Source of the DNA: a virus
Taxonomy: Duplodnaviria > Heunggongvirae > Uroviricota > Caudoviricetes
IMG/VR virus record: IMGVR_UViG_3300048930_000283
DNA: 42,873 bases
Reading direction: 5' to 3' (one strand)
The position numbers and the translations under genes were made by a program. Below the pieces are notes generated by a model, which was not told where the DNA came from, did not search any database, and saw only the letters and a program-made list of their open reading frames with translations. This document shows positions 8,966 through 16,159 of this stretch, piece after piece. The first letter of the stretch is position 1; the number at the start of each line of letters is the position of its first letter.

Positions 8966-9761
8966 TTAGTTCTAAATATGTACCATCACGAGCGCAATAT
9001 TCATTACCAAACTTATACTCACGACCGCATGATGGACAATACTTTTTTCGTTTAACTGTTATGGGTTTAACATCATCTATACCCACCAATTGAATAATCA
9101 TTGAATGAGATTCTGTTTCCAAGGCACCAATATATCCATAGGTGAATTCTTGGTTTGATTCTGATCCCTTAACTGTTATACCAGGATCATTGAATGATGA
9201 TCCACCCCTGAGAACCGAATTCGTGGAGACAGTACCATACCAATTTGAGTCTGGATCTACAGTCCATGGACGTACCCAAGTGTTCTCCCATGGTTTATAT
9301 GGTGGTACGTATGGATAGTAGGGTCTAACAACTTTTTCGTATTGAAATCCAATACGAATTAAACCATCTTCTGAACCAACTCCTCTGTGATCTTCAATCT
9401 CAGATGTTCTTTTAATGAACTTGAACTTGCGACCTTTATACATTGAGTCGCCTAGGAATCGTTCAAGATCAATTGATCCCATGGAGTCAACCAGCAATCC
9501 ATTTTGGGTTACGTTCTCACCATCTATCTCGATGTTTACTATTGCTTTTTGTGTGTTTAAATTTTTGATAAAGATTGAGTATTCTGAGTTCCATGGAAGA
9601 AAAACTTTATCCCCCTGTTCTCTTAATACCTTACCTTTTACCTTGACAGTTGCTACTAACTTATTTGAATACATGCTCATTTTACCTCCTTGTAACGATT
9701 GATGGACTAACAATCCAAAGTTTAAAGTCCATTGGTTAAGCATGATGTAGTTGTTACTCAC
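8955..9761 (-). CDS. conserved hypothetical protein with a C-terminal zinc ribbon (probable start 9680)
   Basis: CPSC..YC at C-terminus; GGAGG RBS before MSMY. Confidence 0.75.
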   Translation of the reverse strand: MSNNYIMLNQWTLNFGLLVHQSLQGGKMSMYSNKLVATVKVKGKVLREQGDKVFLPWNSEYSIFIKNLNTQKAIVNIEIDGENVTQNGLLVDSMGSIDLERFLGDSMYKGRKFKFIKRTSEIEDHRGVGSEDGLIRIGFQYEKVVRPYYPYVPPYKPWENTWVRPWTVDPDSNWYGTVSTNSVLRGGSSFNDPGITVKGSESNQEFTYGYIGALETESHSMIIQLVGIDDVKPITVKRKKYCPSCGREYKFGNEYCARDGTYLELSPR

Positions 9762-9769
9762 TCATTCAT

Positions 9770-9841
9770 TGGTGGGGGCACGGAGAATCGAACTCCGATC
9801 ATACGGAGCCGTAGGTAATTCAGCCATTATACGATACCCCC
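9770..9841 (-). pseudogene. tRNA lacking anticodon-loop positions 34-38 (possibly Lys-derived)
   Basis: intact acceptor, D and T arms and CCA; anticodon arm is TACGG-CT-CCGTA. Confidence 0.8.
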
Positions 9842-9975
9842 AAACTAATACTTATATTCTTTACCACATTTCTTCATTGTCCATTCAATGGCTCGAACGG
9901 GTTGAACTATTGGCCAGAGCATTGCTCTCAGAAACAAAGACCATAGATAATATACTATGGGTGGCCAATTATACA

Positions 9976-10338
9976 TTATTGATTCTCAGTCCACTGTTCA
10001 CCACAATCTGGACAACGGAATTCAATCCAATAGCAATCATCAGACTTAGACCAGTTTCCGGTGTCACCTTTATATGTTTTCAATACCCTCGGATGCTTGC
10101 AACTACCCTGTAATTCAATTAACTTTAGATTGAGTTCTGTTATTTTACCCTCAATCTTACTTCTTTCTCTTTTAATCTTGTTCTGTTCCTTGTGGTCACC
10201 TCGACAACCAGGACACAATCTAACTGTCCTATCAAAATCGTCTGCTGCAATTTCTGAATTACAACACTCGCAGGAACCGAAAACGGGTCGTTTAGTAGAT
10301 CTATTATACTCACTACCATGCTTACAACAGTTCTTCAT
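9976..10338 (-). CDS. Cys-rich zinc-finger hypothetical protein
   Basis: several CxxC motifs and a coiled-coil segment. Confidence 0.7.
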   Translation of the reverse strand: MKNCCKHGSEYNRSTKRPVFGSCECCNSEIAADDFDRTVRLCPGCRGDHKEQNKIKRERSKIEGKITELNLKLIELQGSCKHPRVLKTYKGDTGNWSKSDDCYWIEFRCPDCGEQWTENQ

Positions 10339-10353
10339 AGTAAATCCTTATTC

Positions 10354-10429
10354 TGGAGCTCTGGTGCAGAATTGAACTGCAATTTCTTCATTACCAATGA
10401 AGTGTAATTAACCATTATACGACAAGAGC
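10354..10429 (-). tRNA. tRNA-Thr(GGT)
   Basis: CTTCA-TTGGTAA-TGAAG; CCA. Confidence 0.9.
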
Positions 10430-10432
10430 ATT

Positions 10433-10677
10433 TGGTCATCTAATAGCCGAGGTTCTGTATCAGTACATATGTACCTAATCTATCATTTATCTCAGTTTTT
10501 GTCAAACTGGCACCGAAGTGCTGCCACAACCCGAACCTATAAGCAGAAGTTTCCCAGGTTCTGTTTGTGTTGCTTACTATATCACGGTGGTTTAACGATC
10601 ATTGATCTCCCACTCGACTTCTGCGTAAGCCTCGAACTTCCTCTACCCATAAAGAGCAGCGATAGATTTGATGACCA
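10433..10677 (-). ncRNA. rnpB: RNase P RNA, minimal (245 nt) with a reduced S-domain
   Basis: P1 TGGTCATC/GATGACCA; P4 strands GAGGAAGTTCGAGGC and ACAGAACCTCGGCTA; P5 GCTTAC/GTAAGC; P6-like GCAGAAGT/ACTTCTGC. Confidence 0.85.
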
Positions 10678-10678
10678 T

Positions 10679-10877
10679 TAAGAAATATTCACTTTACTGC
10701 GCAGCAACGATCATTCTTACGTTGCAATCTGGAATGACTTATTATCAGTTACTGTTGGCCTATTCACTGATTGTTTATCATTCGCTTGCCTCACTCAAGC
10801 CTGCTGCAGACAGGTGGTTTGATATTTTAGCAGCAATGTCCTGCGACTTTACGTCAGAACGAGGTGAATATTTCTTA
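10679..10877 (-). ncRNA. unidentified structured ncRNA
   Basis: perfect 14-bp terminal stem; lies between rnpB and tRNA-Val. Confidence 0.5.
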
Positions 10878-10878
10878 G

Positions 10879-10953
10879 TGGTCGATCCTACAGGTTACGC
10901 TCCTGTTACTCTTCCTTGTCACGGAAGTGTGATAGCTACTTCACCAAGGATCG
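10879..10953 (-). tRNA. tRNA-Val(GAC)
   Basis: CTTCC-GTGACAA-GGAAG; CCA. Confidence 0.85.
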
Positions 10954-10955
10954 AA

Positions 10956-11032
10956 TGGTACCCCCAGAGAGATTCGAACTCCCGGCTTCTTCGTTCGAAG
11001 CGAAGCACTCTAGTCCACTGAGTTATGGGGGC
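10956..11032 (-). tRNA. tRNA-Arg(TCG)
   Basis: CTTCG-CTTCGAA-CGAAG; CCA. Confidence 0.9.
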
Positions 11033-11038
11033 AATGTA

Positions 11039-11132
11039 TGGCGGCGGAGGTGGGATTCGAACCCACGAAGCACATTTTCATGGCCTGACATCTTAGCAGG
11101 ATGTTGTCTTAATCCATCTCGACCACTCCACC
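11039..11132 (-). tRNA. tRNA-Ser(GCT)
   Basis: ACATC-CTGCTAA-GATGT; long V arm; CCA. Confidence 0.9.
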
Positions 11133-11138
11133 AAAACT

Positions 11139-11216
11139 TGGTCGTGCATGTTGGAATCAAACCAACCTGTTCTTCTTTATGAGAGAAGCTCGTTGCATCT
11201 TGCTCGACTATGCACG
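11139..11216 (-). tRNA. tRNA-CAT (elongator Met or Ile2)
   Basis: CTTCT-CTCATAA-AGAAG; CCA. Confidence 0.8.
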
Positions 11217-11222
11217 TTTGTG

Positions 11223-11295
11223 CATCCCGTGACGGTGACGATCCGCCTCCTTCGGTTTTGGAGACCGATGTTCTACCAACTTGAACTAACGAGAT
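11223..11295 (-). tRNA. tRNA-Trp(CCA), CCA end not encoded
   Basis: TCGGT-CTCCAAA-ACCGA; 3' end G-CACA. Confidence 0.85.
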
Positions 11296-11296
11296 A

Positions 11297-11632
11297 TTAT
11301 CCTAATACTAGAAATGGAAAAACAAACAAGGCAAACAATAGAAACAAAAATGCCCATCTAAACTTTTTCCAATATTCTTTCTTTTCTATTGAAACACATT
11401 CCTGACACATATAGATGTCTTTATTTCTGTAGTACAATCTACCAGAATTTACTCTAAGTGTTGGTTTAAACCCTTTACCAGAAAATAGACTCTGTACATT
11501 CCCAACAGAAACTGAAGTACCTGAGCGACCAGATTGAATCTCTATTGTTCTGGCCTCACATTCACCAATATCGACAACATTGCCACAATAGTAACATTCA
11601 ACCGCACCAAATTTTGGTTTTCTTCGCCGCAT
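11297..11632 (-). CDS. zinc-binding membrane-anchored hypothetical protein
   Basis: two CxxC motifs; C-terminal TM; GGAGG RBS. Confidence 0.7.
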   Translation of the reverse strand: MRRRKPKFGAVECYYCGNVVDIGECEARTIEIQSGRSGTSVSVGNVQSLFSGKGFKPTLRVNSGRLYYRNKDIYMCQECVSIEKKEYWKKFRWAFLFLLFALFVFPFLVLG

Positions 11633-11659
11633 GATACCTCCATATTATAGTTAGAATTC

Positions 11660-11926
11660 ATGCAGAGGTTTTTGGTAATAAGGAAACCTCTGCGAACCCC
11701 ATCGAAGGTTACGCCGCTAGGCGCAGTTCTCCGAAATATGCACTATCATTTGCATTTATAGTTTTGTCTTCTTTAACTATCACGACTTTCGACCTTGCCG
11801 ATCCCAATATAGTGATTATGACCCAATCGAAACCATGACCGGCCCATCAAAAGGATACCAAATACCCTTTTGGTGGACCGAAAGGGAGTCGAACCCTTGT
11901 CTTGACCCATTTTCCAATATATTGTT
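11660..11926 (-). ncRNA. ssrA: circularly permuted (two-piece) tmRNA; tag ANDSAYFGELRLAA
   Basis: T-arm+CCA piece (ends 11871) precedes GGGCCGG 5' piece (starts 11845); G3.U70; intervening hairpin; tag frame 11753-11709. Confidence 0.9.
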
Positions 11927-12245
11927 TTACTCAGTTACCTGAGTGAATTTTGTTAAAATCCTACCTTTAGTTAATTTAGTTACCATTGTATTACTTGGGT
12001 ACAGATAATAATTCTCACTGCCATCATTGTACCAATGTCTGCCATATGCAGGATTTTTCTTATCCTTTTTGATATCTCTCCACATTGATATTGGAACCCA
12101 TCCGGATGGAATATTATCTTTGTTAAATGATTTTCTTTCACTGCAATCATTCGCATTCTCAGGAATGCACCAAACACACCCATAATGATTGTTGTTGGTG
12201 CCGGTGGCAAGTTCTGAAAGGCGATTCTTTGTTTCTTCTGAAAAC
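11927..12245 (-). pseudogene. C-terminal (NUMOD-like) fragment of a homing endonuclease
   Basis: SEETKNRLS..NNHYG..W, NPAYGRHWYNDG, KGRI; no catalytic domain. Confidence 0.65.
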
Positions 12246-12635
12246 AGAAAACTTCTAAATGAAAGCAATCAAAATAGATTGGCATCAAAAACACATAACT
12301 TTCTAACGAACAACCCGTCGAAAGGAACATCCCATCATAGAACTGGTGCTAAACACACTGAAAGTTCTAGACGAAAAACGTCTGAAAAACTATTAACATT
12401 TTTTAAAGAAAACAAAGGATCGAGGTCTCTTCGAATTCACATTTTCAATGAAAAAAATGAATTACAGTATGAATGTTTTGGAAATTTCAATACCGTTTGT
12501 ATTCAAAATAATCTCCCTCTTTATGCATTAAGAGCTTCATATATAAATCAAGGAAAACCAATTTATACATCATACCCCCCTAAAATTCCTGGTATGGATG
12601 TTTATAAGGGTTGGTATTCCGTTGTTATTAAGTAA
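12235..12635 (+). pseudogene. second homing-endonuclease C-terminal fragment, opposite strand
   Basis: THNF, GAKHTESSRRKTSE (NUMOD3-like), YKGW; no N-terminus. Confidence 0.55.
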
Positions 12636-12686
12636 TAATTGCTTTCACACGGTACTACAAATCACACAAACGCCAGCTTGTGTTAG

Positions 12687-12776
12687 TGGCGGAGAGTGTG
12701 GGACTCGAACCCACGAGACCATATTTCAGGTCCATTGCTTTCCAGGCAATTCTGATAGCCACTACAGGAACTCTCC
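12687..12776 (-). tRNA. tRNA-Ser(GGA)
   Basis: ATTGC-CTGGAAA-GCAAT; long V arm; CCA. Confidence 0.9.
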
Positions 12777-12783
12777 ATTATTT

Positions 12784-12867
12784 TGGAGGCGAATAATAGA
12801 CTCGAACTATCAACCTTTCGGTGGGACGACTTTCGAAGTCGCTTTGTGCCCCGCACACCTACTCGCC
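12784..12867 (-). tRNA. tRNA-Ser(CGA)
   Basis: GCGAC-TTCGAAA-GTCGT; V arm; CCA. Confidence 0.8.
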
Positions 12868-13057
12868 TTTATATCTGGGAAGATTTGAAAACACTTTTCG
12901 GATTTCATATGAGAAACGTATCAAAGTCTCTATCTTCGTCTCTCTGTTTTTCGGGTATCACTGTAGCGATATAGTGGTTAATCCACAAGACTAAGACTTA
13001 CTAGTCCTCTTCCCCAACCCATCCACTCACTAATGAGTGACCTCTCTCTACAATTAT

Positions 13058-13134
13058 TGGTACCCAAGGTCGGACTCGAACCGACAGATTTCTCTTTTTG
13101 AGAGAGATTCCTTTACCAATTTGGACACTTGGGC
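13058..13134 (-). tRNA. tRNA-Leu(CAA), short variable arm
   Basis: TCTCT-CTCAAAA-AGAGA; CCA. Confidence 0.9.
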
Positions 13135-13179
13135 ATTGTTTTCGATGAACCCTCTTCGGAAGATTCATTGAAAACCAAA

Positions 13180-14040
13180 TCACTGAGATTACATGATTTG
13201 CTACAGCCACCTTAGTTCCATTATCCACAGTATTGCGTACCGGGTTCTGAACTTATCCACGGAATCAAATTCCGTCTGACTGCATAACCGCCTTTTTAAC
13301 GTTGTGGCATTTCAACGATCTAGCAACACAACTCTAGTTCTGATCTACTCCCAACCTTGCGGGCTGTTCGGGCTGCTACACCCTAGATGCGACCTCGACT
13401 AAACATCATCAGCCTTGCGAGCCTCAGACGCCAACCTTCATCTTTCGATGGATTGGATTAGGTTATTTTCGTGTTACTATGAGTGCGACTTTGCTTTTTA
13501 GTAAGGTTGGACTTGAACCAACAACGATCTCTTGACATGAGATTGATCTCCTTGATCAACTTATTTGCAACCTACATTTGGAGCGCACTCAACGCTTCGT
13601 AATCTTTTGAATTACGAAATACGCTTCCAAATCTACCTTTCTGCTGCCGCATACTCAGTGAAATTTCTAGACGTCGTCTATGTCATTTCTTACAGACATT
13701 AGCCGAGACCTATTATTTTGAACTAAACCCTTTTCTTGCGGGATCAGAGCTTAATTCTACCCTTTACCTTTATAAGTGATGGATTTGGTACAGCTGTGAG
13801 ATCGGCACCACCCGTCTATGCTTTCGCACTCTCCATACACTGACGTTCCCAGACTAGCTGGCGTCTAAGTGTAAGTTCTTGTCACAGCATCCACTTCCCT
13901 ATTACGACCACCGCATTTGTAAGTGATCGCCCTGTCACCAGGGAGGTTAGGCTTGCATGAATTTCCATTTACATGGCGGGAGTTAAGTAGGATCTGCTCC
14001 CTTTCGCTGACTTGCGCCAGTTTATGTGTCATGCCACTAA
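13180..14040 (-). ncRNA. probable GOLLD large ncRNA (~860 nt)
   Basis: no convincing ORF; many GNRA hairpins (GCAA/GAAA); 3' segments AAAAGGCGG, GTGGATAA and GTAATCTCAG resemble the GOLLD 3' domain as I recall it; tRNA-array context. Confidence 0.7.
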
Positions 14041-14094
14041 TTCTATACTACATTAATACAACTTTAAATACAAATTTACTACTTTACTACTTTA

Positions 14095-14186
14095 TAGACC
14101 TGATGGGATTCGAACCCATGACATAATGTAGTGTCGTTTGACTCCTAGGATAACCACATCTGCTCTGGCCTCTGAGCTACAGGTTT
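14095..14186 (-). ncRNA. tRNA-like RNA with a branched anticodon arm
   Basis: canonical D and T arms; 8-bp anticodon-position stem enclosing 20 nt; no CCA. Confidence 0.65.
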
Positions 14187-14188
14187 AT

Positions 14189-14265
14189 TGGCAACCAGGG
14201 TGGGACTCGCACCCACTTCGGACGGCTTCAAAGACCGTTGCCTCGACTCCTTCGGCATCCTGGCG
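14189..14265 (-). tRNA. tRNA-Gln(TTG)
   Basis: ACGGT-CTTTGAA-GCCGT; CCA. Confidence 0.85.
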
Positions 14266-14274
14266 ATTGTTACT

Positions 14275-14348
14275 TGGAGCAGGTAACGAGAATCGAACTC
14301 GTGCATAAACTTTGGCAAAGTTTTAGGCTACCATTACATCATACCTGC
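14275..14348 (-). tRNA. tRNA-Gly(GCC)
   Basis: AAACT-TTGCCAA-AGTTT; U73; CCA. Confidence 0.9.
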
Positions 14349-14354
14349 ATTCAT

Positions 14355-14430
14355 TGGTACCCATGAGAGGACTCTAACCCCCACCTGATTCTTTAGAAGA
14401 GAATTGCTCTTACAGTTAAGCTACATGGGC
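14355..14430 (-). tRNA. tRNA-Arg(TCT)
   Basis: ATTCT-CTTCTAA-AGAAT; CCA. Confidence 0.9.
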
Positions 14431-14436
14431 ATTGTT

Positions 14437-14591
14437 AGGTCCCACTGGTTGGTGTCGAACCAACATTCCCTAAATGAAGTTTTAACTATCAATCCACATG
14501 CCTTCAGTTAATATAAGGCTGACTCAACTGACAGTGTTACTATCATTCTCTATAGCGTGGTCCGCGGAGACATTCACGCTTTACAGTGAGA
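14437..14591 (-). ncRNA. 155-nt RNA with a tRNA acceptor stem, T arm and a large internal domain
   Basis: TCTCACTG/CAGTGGGA stem; GTTGG-TTCGACA-CCAAC. Confidence 0.6.
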
Positions 14592-14597
14592 TTGTAT

Positions 14598-14688
14598 TGG
14601 AAGCGAGAGCCGGTTCTGCCCACGGCCTATGACCTTTCGGTACCTCTGGGTTATGAGCCCAGTGAGACAACTACTTCTCCATCTCGCT
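14598..14688 (-). tRNA. initiator-like tRNA-Met(CAT) with a long variable arm
   Basis: CTGGG-CTCATAA-CCCAG (three G:C pairs); extra ACC-GAAA-GGT arm; CCA. Confidence 0.75.
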
Positions 14689-14697
14689 ATTATTTCT

Positions 14698-14741
14698 TGG
14701 TCCTCGGCCACGGTAACGATCCGTGCCGTTCCAGCCAATCT
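14698..14741 (-). pseudogene. 3' half of a split tRNA (Ile TAT type)
   Basis: AGATTGGC..CACGG-ATCGTTA-CCGTG-GCCGAGG-A-CCA pairs with the 5' half at 15525-15559. Confidence 0.8.
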
Positions 14742-14744
14742 ATT

Positions 14745-14836
14745 TGGTAGTCCCCCAGGGACTTGAACCCTGACTAACCGCTAATCTGGCGTATCGAGTT
14801 TATAAGGCTCGTCGTGCTACATTACACTAGAGGACT
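14745..14836 (-). tRNA. tRNA-Ile(TAT) with a long variable arm
   Basis: CGAGC-CTTATAA-ACTCG; V arm CGCCAGATTAGCG; CCA. Confidence 0.8.
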
Positions 14837-15489
14837 AATAATTCTATAAATTCTAAATTTATTAAATCATTTGATAATACAACAACTTTAATGTTATTTA
14901 ATTTCATTGCGGAATCTATCTTTTGTTTATCTTTCTTAATCAAGAAATCATTCTTAGGATCAAGAAAAATATTCTGCTTAGGCAAGTAAAAATCAGGAAT
15001 GTAACGCCTTTTCTTTCCATTGTCATCCCAAACATAACCCTGCCTAACACGCTCCCACTCAACATTCAGTTTATCTAGTATTTCAGCAACCCGCACCTCA
15101 TATGAAGATTCTAAAATAACACCTGGTTTATACTCAACATTCTTAGTGTATTTTGAATGTTTTGCCAACCTCTCACATGCGATAATAGAAAGTCTATCTT
15201 TAGTTTCATCAGAATGAACACATCTGGGAAATATATGCCCATTCGCCTCCATTTGTTTCTTTCTCTCATATCCCATTATCCCAAATTTTCTCTGTTGCTC
15301 TGAATTATGGGCCCTGCTTTTATGACCAGAATATCCCTGTGAAGTTTGCAAAATCTTACCGCATAACTCACATTCCCACTTAGTCTTCTTTTCAATAATT
15401 CCCTTGCAACATTTAACATGCCGAACAAAATTAGATGCACTAATTCTTCGCTGACATTTTGAACAATCTTGCTTTTTTATTTGGCTCAT
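14827..15489 (-). CDS. PD-(D/E)xK (EDxHD/TnsA-like) homing endonuclease with zinc fingers
   Basis: ESSYE..RYIPDFYLP..LDPKN; C2H2-like fingers; stop codon inside tRNA-Ile. Confidence 0.8.
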   Translation of the reverse strand: MSQIKKQDCSKCQRRISASNFVRHVKCCKGIIEKKTKWECELCGKILQTSQGYSGHKSRAHNSEQQRKFGIMGYERKKQMEANGHIFPRCVHSDETKDRLSIIACERLAKHSKYTKNVEYKPGVILESSYEVRVAEILDKLNVEWERVRQGYVWDDNGKKRRYIPDFYLPKQNIFLDPKNDFLIKKDKQKIDSAMKLNNIKVVVLSNDLINLEFIELLVL

Positions 15490-15508
15490 TATGCCTCCCT
15501 CATTATAT

Positions 15509-15516
15509 TATTTATA
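15509..15516 (-). promoter_or_regulatory. T4-type late promoter TATAAATA
   Basis: exact motif upstream of the GGAGG RBS; same motif and context at 18270-18277. Confidence 0.65.
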
Positions 15517-15524
15517 TAGGAATC

Positions 15525-15559
15525 ATAAACGCCCTAGCCGCCCACCTGGGCCACCGAGG
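15525..15559 (-). pseudogene. 5' half of a split tRNA, ending at anticodon TAT
   Basis: CCTCGGT..GCCCAGGTGGGC..AGGGCG-TT-TAT. Confidence 0.75.
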
Positions 15560-15641
15560 ATATACGGTCAAGACAATTAAGCCTTACCTTTTACGTTAAA
15601 CACTATGATTAAGATACTTTACTAAAATACACTAATCATAA

Positions 15642-15682
15642 TGGTGGGACTGCAGGATTCGAACCTGCAACGGGACGTTACC
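15642..15682 (-). pseudogene. 3' half of a split tRNA (Thr type)
   Basis: (G)GTAA-CGTCC-CGTT-GCAGG-TTCGAAT-CCTGC-AGTC..ACCA. Confidence 0.7.
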
Positions 15683-16064
15683 TTCGCCTCTTGCCTGAAC
15701 CTTTATTTTTACCTTTAAATGTATCGGTCAAAGAATGACAATTTGAACACAATACTTCTAAATTTATTAGAGAATGGTCGGTACTATCACCGTTTATATG
15801 ATGCAATTCTAAAGGTATTGGTTGGCACATCCATTCTGTCAAATTACATTTCTCACATTTTCTTTGTTTAATACCTTCATCAAATAGTTTGTTTTTTAGT
15901 TTTAAAGATTGAAATGCTGGGTATTTTCCTTCTAAAATATCACTCAATTGTACTTTATTTGGTGGAGATATATTAGTTTTTATACCTTTATTCCATGGTA
16001 TTGAATTTTTCTTTGCTGGCATTTTATTCTCCTTGATTGCACCTATACATCTATTTATGTGCAA
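15678..16064 (-). CDS. HNH homing endonuclease (probable start 16022)
   Basis: PWNKG; CEKC..LELHHINGD..NLEVLCSNCHS. Confidence 0.9.
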   Translation of the reverse strand: MHINRCIGAIKENKMPAKKNSIPWNKGIKTNISPPNKVQLSDILEGKYPAFQSLKLKNKLFDEGIKQRKCEKCNLTEWMCQPIPLELHHINGDSTDHSLINLEVLCSNCHSLTDTFKGKNKGSGKRRR

Positions 16065-16072
16065 TCAAATCT

Positions 16073-16147
16073 TGGTTCCCTGTGAGAATTCCGAGATCTC
16101 GACCTATCGCTTACAAGGCGATTGCTCTGCCACTGAGCTAACAGGGA
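16073..16147 (-). tRNA. tRNA-Thr(TGT)
   Basis: ATCGC-CTTGTAA-GCGAT; CCA. Confidence 0.85.
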
Positions 16148-16159
16148 ATAAATATGTTC

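Noticed and set aside
10469-11405. Plus-strand ORFs over the RNA island (also 12598-12974, 16274-17684 and others)
   Set aside because: They are antisense shadows of tRNA/ncRNA genes with no protein motifs.
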